Notes under the pieces: generated by a model
What the model was told of the DNA's origin: nothing
Database searches by the model: none
Seen by the model: the letters and a program-made list of their open reading frames with translations, nothing else
In this document: positions 24,652 to 36,135 of the stretch, in pieces
Numbering within the stretch: position 1 is the first letter of the stretch
Layout of the letters: each line of letters opens with the position of its first letter
DNA from: Folioceros fuciformis
Lineage: Eukaryota
DNA length: 64,000 bases
Assembly: GCA_049999805.1 (NCBI GenBank)
Contig: JBNGIO010006148.1
Coordinates: forward strand, 105,553 to 169,552
Direction: 5' to 3'
Translations under genes and position numbers: made by a program

Positions 24652-27600
24652 ATGGCTGGTCGATCGCGAGGATCCAAGAGGCCGTTCCGCGGGTCGAGAG
24701 GAGGAGGGCCGGGAAGGCAAAAGCGGGGCCGACCTGATTCTGTTAATCCGCCTGACAAAAAATTTGAGGAGACTCCAGCGAGGGACGCTGAAGAGGTTGA
24801 GGAAGATGAGGAAGGTGACGGCGTTTTGGTTGAGGAGCCAGCTGGGACTTACACTACGTTTGTGCAGTCATTGCTCTCAGAGCCGATGCAGCTCGGCGGT
24901 GGGTTCCATGCAAAGGCGTATGCTCGGAGGTAGGATGATTTGGGGGAGAAATGGATTGAGAGAGTGATCAAATGTCGGTTGACGGATTGACGGAAAGTTT
25001 GTGACTCTTACAGGCAGCGGGAAGAGCAGGGTGCCATTAGTAATAGCAGTAGCAGCAGCGAGGATGGAGGTGAAGGGAAAGGGGAAGGGGAGGCGATTAA
25101 CCATTCCTCGGATGAAAGCGAGGATGCTTCTGATTCGAACGAAATTGAGGAGCATGGTATGCCAAATGTGTCCAATGGTCGTCTCGTCCGGACAGACGGT
25201 AAGGGAACGGACCCAAGGGAGCTTTGTGTGGAGGAAAGCGGAATGAAGGACCGAGAAGTTGCAGAGGATGGCGAACAAGAAGATGCTGATAGAGTCGCCA
25301 GTGGGAAGGACGCAGGGAGCAGTACTGAGTAAGTGATTACTTCAAGGGATTCGATATGTGGTATGCGCTCATTTGTGCGCGGGAATCTCGACTGAATCAT
25401 GATTTATGTGGCAGTCCCTTCAGGCTTCACTTTGAGCACGTTATCACTGAGGCCGAAATTGCAAAATTACAAGAGACGCAGGTCTTCTCTGAAGAATTCC
25501 CTGCGTCAGGATTGCATGGGGCGAAATGGTCTGCTAGTGCTTCACACCCAGTGGAGGTACTTAAGTTAACCTTGGTTCTAGGTTATGAATACTCTCCTGG
25601 TCTTAAGGTCCCTGCTCGTCGTTGTGCATCCAGGCTGTAAAGAGCTTGGCAAACTGTGGAGTGAAGTTGCGACTGCAAAAGCACTGGCAAGAGCTGCATG
25701 TACAGGCTCAGTGGGGCGATTTTGTCTCAGAACAACAGTCCCAATTCTTCGCTCTTTGTAAGGGCTCTTCGGGCATGATATGCGATGATTTAATGTTGGC
25801 TGCACTTCAGTGGCTCAGAGAAGCAGTCTAACCTCCTCCTCGTGGGTGGAGATTGACAGGTCGGAGTTACCAGGACATTCTCCACTCCCGTCGTCTGGGA
25901 TATCCTGATGAGAAGGAAGATCTCAGTATAATGGATGCTTATGTTCTGCACTTGGTACCCTTACCTTTTTCCTACAACTTTCCAATCGGAAGCTCTCATT
26001 TGTAGCCGCTTCATGCGATCGTTATTATTCACAGTCTTGCTTCTTATTGTTTTCCACTCGTCATGGTGCTCCAGCTTAACCATCTCATCAAAACGAAAGA
26101 CCTCGTGACTAAAAATAACGAGAAGTTTCACCATCAAACATCGATTGCTTCCAAGGGAGCTTTAGTGGAATCACCTCGGGATCAAGGGTTTACTCGTCCC
26201 AAGGTATTTGTCAATACTTAATCCAGTTTAACTTTCTCTTGCTAACCTCCACTGAGCTCGTACGTGTGCACAGGTTCTGATCCTGTTGCCACTGAGAAGT
26301 ACTGCGTTGAAGGTGATATCACGCCTGCTCGATCTGGCTCCTCCCTCTCAAAAGGTATTCATGTATGACCTTGCATGTGACATCGTCACCAGTTGGTTTT
26401 TACTGGTTAGCAATCTGTTGTTGTCATGTCTCAGGCCAGCGTCGAGCATAAGCAGCGATTCTTTGATGACTTTGGGGTTGAAGAACCGGATCCTGAAGAT
26501 GGTGAACAAGAAAGACAGGTGACGGCAAAGCCTCCTGATTTTAGAGCACTTTTCAGTGCAAACAATGATGACCATTTTCGAATCGGCATAAAGCTTACCA
26601 GGTGATGGGGCCGGCTTCTTCCTGTTCAGGATCTGTTTCTGTGTAGATTGTATCTCTTTTCTGAGCCTTTCGGTTCTCTTTTCCAGACAGGGTATCAAGC
26701 TCTATAGTGACTTCTATTCGTCAGATATCATAGTGGCATCACCGTTAGGACTCATAACTGTGAGTGCATTATCGGTGGCTGTCCACTTAGAACCGCAAAT
26801 TCTAGGATTAAATTTATTGTATAAAATTTAGCATTAATCAACCAAGGATGATCATTTGGCCCTACACAGGGCATAGGCGAAGCAGAAAGTGATCAAGGAA
26901 AAGACATTGACTTTCTGTCCTCTATTGAGGTGTTCGTCCTGCCCAGTCTATGTCAATTTTAATACTCTTTCATTTTCTATGCTTGGCAACGATTTACCAA
27001 AGTACTGATCTATGTTCGTTTCCTATGTGCAGATTTTAGTTGTAGACTACATAGACGTTATCTTAATGCAGGTATTGCTAGCCATTTTGATTCCAGTCGC
27101 AGAGTACTTTTGTGCCTAGGAAACTTTTAGGGTGGCTCACTATATTCCCTAAACGTTTCCCCATGCAGAACTGGTCTTTTGTGGTAACGATTTTCGACCA
27201 TCTAAACAAGTTACCAAGCCAACATCGTGGGATGGACTTGATGCGAGTGCGAGAATGGTACATGTGTTTCTCTGTGCGGCTCTGCTTTATGCAAGTGTCT
27301 TGTGCTTCCTGGTTGGACAGACATGCCGCAGGATCTAAACTCTGAAGTTCAGGTGTCTGGATGGTCAAGCCCGTTTCTATCGGCAGACGATACTCTTGTC
27401 ACCTTTTCCCCATTCAGGTTAGAGTGGATCCTGTTACCTTCGCTCTGTAGCCTGGCTTCATTTGTCAATCCTGATGAAAGTATAAATTTGCAGCTGTCAA
27501 CGCACTCTATCAAAGGTCTTGTGTGAACCATGCTGGCAAAGTAAGTGTCACGAGTGTTGGGCTGGTGTTTATTTGTTTTCAGTTGTAGATTACATGTTTC

Positions 27601-28950
27601 ATTGATGGATATGGGGCTTGTTGCGCCATCCGTTGATTGCTTGTTCTTTTGGGGGCACTCATCGTAGTCGTGCAGGTAAAGTTGCTCTCCACGTACAGTG
27701 GTGTGCTGTCAAAAGTGTTGCGTCAAGTGCACCAGGTAAAGATGATCTACTGTGACGTAAGAATCACAGGGGCGTCGAAGGGATAACTGACCTTGTCGTT
27801 TTATCACCCAGGTTTTTGAACGAGTTGACTGCCAAAACTTCACAGACCTTGACAGTGCTCGCTTTGAATTCTTTGTCAAGCAGGTACTGACATAGAACCA
27901 ACTGTTTCCTGGCGTGCATTCGTTTCATTCTTGACATGTTATGAGGTGTGAAGGTCTCGTTGTAATGGCTGGGTTTCTGTCTTCAAGGTATTTCCTAGGA
28001 TCGAAGGCGAGTTGCAGGTCAGAACTTCTGTTTCCAGCTCCCCCTTTGTGTGACGGTGTGCTGCAAAATCTCAAGACCCTCTCCAGCGCTGTATCGGTTT
28101 ACCCAAAGCTTCCATGGTATGCAGGGGGGAATCATGGTTTTCATACCCTCGTATTTTGACTTCGTGCGCGTCCGGAATTTCCTGCTGGCTCAGAAGGCCT
28201 CGTTTTGTTGCTTGTCCGAGTAAGCTTTCGTCGTTAAGTCTTTGGAACTCGCCGACAATTTCCGCTGTTATTATTGCGTTGGCCAGTAGTTTTAGAACGT
28301 CTAGGACACGCTGAGATATAGTCTTTTTCAACAGATACACCAAGCAAAGTGACATCTCTCGAAGCCGTGCCTGGTTTTTCCATGGAAAACGGAAAATTAT
28401 GTTGTACACTGAGCGTGCCCACTTTCACCACCGTTACAAGGTACGTGGGCGGTATGGAGTACGTCTTAAGTCCTCCTTGGAAGTTGCGGACTCTTATTGA
28501 CCCCCTTGGCCTTGTTGATTTGCAGATACGTGGTATACGCGACTTGATCTTCTACTCCGTGCCTGACAACGCGAAATTTTACTTCGAGGTAGTTGGTCGT
28601 GATTGGTCTTCTTTCAGTGGGCAGTCGACTTCTGTGGAGTAATCATGCGTACATTGGATTTTAGCCAGTTCTCTCTTGCCTGCTCTAAACTAGTCGGGTG
28701 ACTTACGCAGATCCTGAACATGTTTGAAGGAGTTGCAAGCCCTTCTTGCACTGTGTTGTTTTCTCGGGTTGATAACTTACAGGTGAGCGATGACATAGAC
28801 CAACAGCCGGAAGAAGTTGTAGAGGACAATTTTGTAGCTTGGTGCTAATCTGGGGCCTCTTCACGTCTTCTGCAGCTTGAGCGTATTGTCGGCAGTCCTC
28901 GCAGTCAAAAGATGCGAAGTTCCCAGAACCGCATGTTTATGTTCTGCTAA
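24652..28950 (+). CDS. UTP25: U3 snoRNA-associated protein 25 (UTP25/DIEXF/NOF1), ~20 exons
   Basis: DQGFTRPK|VLILLPLR, FYSSDIIVASPLGL, DFLSSIE, MQNW, FIPSYFDFVRVRNF, LYTERAHFHHRYK|IRGI; C-terminal LERIVG…FMFC*. Confidence 0.93.
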
Positions 28951-29289
28951 TCTCTGTCAACAAGTTGCGAAGCAGTGTGAGCCTTTCCGTAGGCAAAGTC
29001 ACTCACAAATTCCAGGCTCCCTCGTAAAGGACTGGCATTTAGATTTGAGCTTGTTGGAACTCCACGATCAAGCACCCCCGGGCGGATCTAGACTTGGACG
29101 GGTTGTTATTGATATCACGGGCCTCCTGCTGTGACAGGTCCTACGGTGTTCCGTGTCCCTTATGAAAGGGCTAATTGGTTGTCATTCTCGCGTACTGTTG
29201 GGCGTTGTAATCTCTGTCATAATTCTGATTCAATGGCCAAGTTAGGTGATTTGTTCGTTTCTCGGGGCCGAATGTGAATGACAAGTCAA

Positions 29290-29822
29290 TTTTAAACACC
29301 GGACACAGTACTAGGCCTCCAAGTAGCCCCAAGCACTCTTGCTGCTGCTCTTTATTCAAATCACGAGTCAACAAGAACATACAGAACTGGAGGGCTAGAG
29401 AGAACTCCCCATCTTTGCCTAATCTTTGCCTAAGCTAGGAGTTTAGCTCTCCCTTCTCTTGGCCTCCTCCCACAACTCCTTCAAAGCACCTTTTATATGC
29501 TCTCACAGCCCAAGCAACACATGCTCTCAAGGCATAGCCCAAGCACCCAGTGCTCTCAAGGCATAGCCCAAGCACCCAGTGCTCTCAAGGCTTTGAGGAG
29601 ATGAACTTGTCTTAGCCCTTGGCTAAGTCCCCTTTTATATACAAGCTCAAGTCACTAACTTAGCAACTACTTACTTAAGCACTTACTTAATCTTTAAGCT
29701 ATTATTCACTACCACACACTTTTCCTAGGGCTGCATGCTTCTCATGCTCTTAGTAACCTGCTCTGCTAAACATGCCTCTGCACGGAGCTTACTTGCTTGG
29801 CACTCAAACCAACGTTGTTACT
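29290..29822 (-). repeat. 3' LTR of the chromovirus, lacking its terminal ~63 bp
   Basis: Similarity to the 5' LTR begins only at ttttaaacaccggacacag (34488 in the other copy). Adjacent to the PPT. Confidence 0.9.
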
Positions 29823-32800
29823 TCCTCCCCCACTAGGAAAGAATCATTGTCCTCAGTAATAAACAGTGTAACGAGCAATCATCCAGGAGCCTCTCTGGAT
29901 ATCCTCTAATGTTACCCAAACTGGTGTTGAGATCCCACGCAACTTTACCATATACTGTTGTAGAGTTCCACGTCTCGTAGCCACGCTACCTTCTGCAAGG
30001 AATTCCTCAATCTCCCGCAGTCCTTGATCATGCTGCACCAGGATACTGTACTTCTTCCTGTCCATATCCTCTTTCTCTTTGCCTAGCACAAATGGTTTCA
30101 ACATAGATACATGAAACACATTGTGTGCAAAAATCCAATCAGTCCAACTTGTAAGCCACTTCTCCAATGTGCTTCAAGACAACATATGGACCTCTATACT
30201 TTGGTCTCAACTTTAAAGACAATCCTTGGGGTAGTGTGAAATGCTTTAGTTTCACCCAAACTTTATCCCCAACATTGAAGACAGTTTCTCTCCTGTGCTT
30301 ATCAGCATATCTCTTTTGACGTGCTTGAGCCGTGGCTAATATCTTTTGGGCAACCTCATGCCTAGCCTTCAATTGCTCAACAAATTGGCATGGATCTCCA
30401 GTGGTAGTGTCGAAAACTTTAGCATTTAGCATGGATACCACATCCAAAGTTGAATTTCCACTCATCTCAAAGGGACTACATCCCAGGGAGCTATGTACTG
30501 TGTTATTGTAACAAAACTCCGCATCATCAAGATGATCAGCCCAATCTCTTTGATCAATCTGCACATAGTGCCTCAAATATTCTTCTTAGATTCGGTTGAC
30601 TCGCTCAATTAATCCATCAGTATGTGGATGGTATGCAATACTCATGCATAGCTGCACATTCAAACTCTTCATCAAATGCTACCAGAACTCTACTGTGAAT
30701 CTTGGATCTCTATCGCTCACAATCTGCACGGGCAAGCCATGATACTTGTACACATACTTTTTGAACAAGTTTGCTGCCTCAGAAGCGGTCACTCGCTTCT
30801 TGGTGGGGATGAAGTGTGCTTGTCTGGTGAATCTATCCACCACTGTCATGATAGCTGTAAATCCATTACTGGGAGGCAAGGGCATGATGAAGTCCATAGA
30901 AATACTTTTCCATGGGCCTCTTGGGATAGGTAGGGGCTGTAATAAACCTCTCGGCTTAGCCTGCTCAACCTTGTCCTGCTGACAAACAGCACATGCCTTG
31001 ACATAATCCAATGTATCTTGATACATTCCCTGCCAATAGAATAGTCTCCTCAACTTCTCATAAGTTGAATCACCTCCACGGTGACCAGCACTTGGCACAT
31101 CATGACACTCAGCAAGCAATTTCCTCTTCAAGCCTACAGAGTTAGGGATCACAACTCTCTTCTGTTTGTATATCAATAAACCATCTCTGAGTTTGAACTT
31201 GCTTCCTTTCTCTGCCACCCCATTCATCCAGTCCTGCATTTAAGGATCTTGTAGACAAGCTTCTTGTATCTCTTTGTGAGCATCCAAAGGTTCACAGTTG
31301 CCATTGCTTTCATGTCTTGACTCTGCTTGCGGCTCAGCGCATCTGCAACCTTATTCTCTTTTCCAGGTTTATATCTAAGAGTCACGTCATACATAGCTAG
31401 GAAATCTTGCCATCTAGCTTGCCGTGCATTCAACTTCAATTGGTTTGAAAAGTACATCGTGCTGATATTATCAGTATACAGCACAAAAGACCTACCCAAG
31501 AGATAGTGTCTCCAAGCCTTTAGATAGTGGATGACAGCAGTCATTTGCTTCTCATAGGTGGGATACTTCCTCTCATAAGGATGCAACTTCCTTGACTCAA
31601 AAGCTAACGGCTTTTGGTCCCGCATCAAAACTCCACCTATAGCCATATCTGAGGCATCACAATACACTTCCACATCTCTCTTGGGGTCATACATTCCCAA
31701 CACCGTAGTCGTGCTCAACTTGTTCTTCAAGTATTCAAAGGCTGCTTGACACTCAACATCCCATTTCCAAGCTTTTGCTGTCTTCAAGAGGTCAGTTATG
31801 GGGGCTGCTATCTTAGCAAACATATGTACAAACTTCCAGTACACAGAAGCCAACCCCATAAAACTTTGCACCTCATGAATATTTCGAGGGGGCTGCCAAT
31901 CTTGCATGGCCTTAACTTTATCAAGATCCATCCTGATGCCCTCCGCAGAGACAATGAAACCTAAGAATGAAATTTCTCTTGACAAAGTCACACTTCTTGA
32001 TTGCCAAGAACAAAGAATTCTCTCTTAATCTCTGTAACACTTTCCTCAAGTGTTCAACATGTTCCTCCAAGGTATGACTATAGATCAAAATGTCATCCAA
32101 ATAGATTACAACACACTTGTCCACCAGATCTATGAATATAGTATTCATAAGAGTCTGAAATGTAGCAGGTGCGTTAGTAAGTCCAAATGGCATGACAAGG
32201 AACTCAAAAGATCCATACCTTGTTCTACATGCTGTTTTGTACTCATGCCCCTCAGCAATCCTGATCTGATAGTACCCTGCCATCACGTCTAGCTTGGTGA
32301 AATACTTGGCACCCTTCAACCTGTCAAACATGTCGTCCATTCTCGGCAAAGGATATGCATTCTTGATTGTGATCTGGTTTAAAGCTCTGTAATCCAGACA
32401 CAATCTAAGTCCTCCATTCTTTTTGCGCGTGAATAACACAGGCGCACCAAAAGGAGACTTAGAAACTCTGACATATCCCTTTGCCAACAGGTTGGATAGC
32501 TGTCGTTTGAGTTCTTGCAACTCGTCTTGTGACAATCTATATGGTGCTCTCGAAGGAGGTGTACTCCCTGGCCTCAACTCAATTTCATGATCCACAACTC
32601 TACGAGATGGCAATAGTGGCAACTCATTTGGCATCAAGTCCTTGAACTCATGTAGTACAGCTTGTACTTCTTTTAGGATGTCCTTCTCCTCTGTGGAATC
32701 TTCTTCCAGACCATCCTCTAGTCCTTGGAGTACAACCAAGTATAACTCCTTCTTTTTCCTAAGGTCTTTCTTGAGCTCTCTTTTTGTAATCAGCTGTACT

Positions 32801-34424
32801 GATACGCTCTCAAGCCTTTGGCTACTGCTAGCACAACTCACTTTGTGCTTTCTGGATATCTCGATAGTGCGTGACTTAACGTCCATTTGCACTTCATTAG
32901 ATCTCAACCACTCCAGACCTAGGATGATATCATGGTCATCCATCTCCACAACTGTAAAACTCACACTTCCTTGCCACGCATCAACTTGCAGCTTTACTCC
33001 ATGCAATTCACCCTGAAATTGCAGAGTTCCTTTAGCTTGCTTGATTCTATATGACGTGGAAGTTTCAGTCCAATCAAGGCCAAGCTCTCTTGCCTTACGT
33101 GGAGTCACAAAATTATGGGTGGCTGCAGAATCTAACAATAGCTCAACATCCAAGCCATTGATCTTGCCACATATATACATCAAGTCTCCACCCTCCCTGG
33201 AAATAGTGTCATCCTTGACACTTGATGACTCACCACATGTCCTCACAACATGTGGCCCCTGGCGTCACCTAGACTTTTCAGGGAGCTCTTGGATCCTGGC
33301 TCTAGAAACAGGTGGATTTGCGGCAACTAGATTCAAGTTGGGAGCTCCTGCATGTGGACAATTTCTAGCAAAATGTCCCTGCTCTCCACAACTATAACAT
33401 ACACCAGAGGTAGGCGCTACACGTCATCTTCCACGACTCATGTTATCACCTCTACCTCGGCTTCTGGCAGTAGTCTCAGCAGTTGCACTGTTCCCAGTGG
33501 TGGTGGCTCGTCCTCTGCCTCTAGATCTACCCTGAGATCTAGGATATCTCCCTCTCGAGATTGGAGCCTCCTAGAAAAGCATGTCCGGTATGGCATCTGC
33601 TGCTGCCATAGCCTCTTGCAACGTCTGAGGATTAGTCAATGCAATCCTGTTTTGAGCCCATCTCTTAAGGTTAGTAGTAAACTTGTGGAGTTTGTCCTGT
33701 TCATGCATCTCAGGACATTGCAAGACAATAGAGCTGAATTCACTCACATACTCCCGCAAAGTTCTAGTATGCTTGGCATTGTCGAGCATCCTTCGCGCCA
33801 AAACTCGCAACATTAGCTGGTAGGAAACGAAGTTGCAGCGCTTCCTTGAAGTCTGCCCATGTGAAGATCGTTGCTTTGCGATTGCCTTGCCTTACGTTCT
33901 CTACGTACAAGTAAGAGCATACTCGTCCAAGAAGTTCGTGACGTGCTTCAAGTACTCGTCTTGCGGCACTCCGCATGATTCCAAGTACGCTTCCAAAGAG
34001 AAAAACCAAGAACTGATTTTCTCTACGTCACGCTCGCCTTTGTAACTCTTAGGCGTAGGAACACTCAATCTCAACTTCTTGGTGTTCTTAGGAGCACTGA
34101 TCTCAGGCTCGGGCTCCACTTCTTCTGGCTCTTCTTCAACGAGCCTACGTTTGGCTTTGATCTCTTGATCTAGAGCATCAAGTCTCCTCATGATTTTTTG
34201 GAGCTGGTCCTCTATGGTGGTACCGGTCCTTTGCTCCGAAGTTCCTTCCTCCGTCGTTCTCATGACTTAAGGATCCGCCTGTGGCTCTTCCATAATGGCT
34301 TCGGTAAGCGGGGCCTTATCCTTCCTGCGGCGCACCCTCTCTGCTCTGCCTGGCTTAGCAGGATCTGCCATCGTTAACTAGCATACTAGTCAAGGATGCT
34401 TCAACCTAAGCTCTGATACCAACA

Positions 34425-35030
34425 AGAAACACCCCCTTCAATGGGGCGGGGCAGAACCACGTAGTTAGAAGCCAAAGCAAGGGTCACTTTTAAACACCGG
34501 ACACAGCACTAGGCCTCCAAGTAGCCTGTCCTCCTCTTCTAGGAGGACTCGCAGCCAGCACCCTTGCTGCTGCTCTTTATTCAAATCACGAGTCAACAAG
34601 AACATATAGAGCTGGAGGGCTAGAGAGAACTCCCCATCTTTGCCTAAGCTAGGAGTTTAGCTCTCCCTTCTCTTGGCCTCCTCCCACAACTCCTTCACAG
34701 CACCTTTCATGTGCTCTCACAGCCCAAGCAACACATGCTCTCAAGGCATAGCCCAAGCACCCAGTGCTCTCAAGGCTTTGAGGAGATACTGATCTCAACT
34801 CCCCTGTACTGAACTTGCCTTAGCCCTTGGCTAAGTCCCCTTTTATACACAAGCTCAAGTCACTTACTTAGCAACTACTTACTTAAGCACTTACTTAAGC
34901 CTTAAGCTATTATTCACTACCACACACTTTTCCTAGGGCTGCATGCTTCTCATGCTCTTAGTAACCTGCTCTGCTAAACATGCCTCTGCATGGAGCTTAC
35001 TTGCTTGGCACTCAAACCAACGTTGTTACT
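34425..35030 (-). repeat. 5' LTR (606 bp) of the chromovirus
   Basis: Matches 29290-29822 with a few indels. Termini are 5'-AGTAAC…GTTTCT-3' in element orientation. Confidence 0.9.
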
Positions 35031-35494
35031 GTCAGTTGTCTTTCTTCCCCAACGTGAGTATAGGTCGCTGGCAAACTTGGAAACAATAGATATTGGAAGA
35101 TTTGGAAAACCCTTTTGGCCTTCGGTCCTCTTCAAGTTGTTCCTCCTTATTTTCTCGTAATTTTTTTTCTCTCTCTATATATATGTATACATATATATCA
35201 ATTTGAAGGTTTTGATTATACGAAATATTATACATTTTTGGCTTTAATAGTAAATAGATCCTTCAATATTATATACTAGATTCCAATGACTTAGTATGGG
35301 AGCTCAAATATGTTTTGTTAATATAGTCATAAAAAATGAGAAGATTATGAAAATGTAGAGTATGTTTGAGTGCTTCAAACCTACTATGGCCATCGTTCAG
35401 CAACCGCTGCCGGAAGATGGCTCCAGCAACGCACTCTTCAAACGCTCAATTCAGGTACTGAACCAGAGATTGATCTTGGGACTCACTGGTGACT

Positions 35495-36135
35495 TAGGGC
35501 GGACGATGGAGCAGTGTGGCCTAGGGCGGACGGTGGAGCGATGTGGCAGTATGGTGTGGTGCACTACGGTGGAGCGGTGTGGCCTAGGGCGGATGGTGGA
35601 GCGATGTGGTAGTATGGTGTGGTGCACTACGGTGGAGCGGTGTGGCCTAGGGCGGAATGGTGCACTACGGTGGAGCAGTTTGGCCTAGGGTGGAACGGTG
35701 GAGCAGTATGGTGCGGTGCGCTATGGAGCGGTTTGGAGCGGTGTGACCTATGGCGGAATGGTGCACTACGGTAGAGCGATGTGGCCTAGGGCGGATGGTG
35801 GAGCGGTGTGGCAGTATGGTGTGGTGCACTACGGTGGAGCGGTGTGGCCTAGGGCGGAGTGGTGCACNNNNNNNNNNGTGGTGCACTACGGTGGAGCGGT
35901 GTGGCCTAGGGCGGAGTGGTGCACTACGGTGGAGCGGTTTGGCCTAGGGTGGAATGGTGGAGCAGTATGGTGCGGTGCGCTATGGAGCGGTGTGGCCTAG
36001 GGCGGACGGTGGAACGGTGGGGCTGTATGGAGTGGTGCACTACGGTGGAGCGGTGTGGCCTAGGGCGGAATGGTGCACTACGGTGGAGCAGTTTGGCCTA
36101 GGGCGGAACGGTGGAGCAGTATGGTGTGGTGCACC
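35495..36135 (+). repeat. GC-rich compound minisatellite (ggtgcactacggtggagcggtgtggcctagggcgga core)
   Basis: Many variant units of ~38 and ~63 bp; includes a small N gap. Confidence 0.9.

Larger units (their letters stand above)
29290..35030 (-). mobile_element. Ty3/gypsy chromovirus LTR retrotransposon (Galadriel-like), decayed but near full length
   Basis: LTRs at 34425-35030 and 29290-29822 (end truncated); PBS TGGTATCAGAGC 34410-34421; PPT 29823-29832. Contains gag, CCHC knuckle (CYSCGEQGHFARNC), protease [14 protein letters not shown], RNaseH DASD, integrase HHCC/ISMDF and a chromodomain. Several stops and frameshifts. The clade call is from motif resemblance only. Confidence 0.95.
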
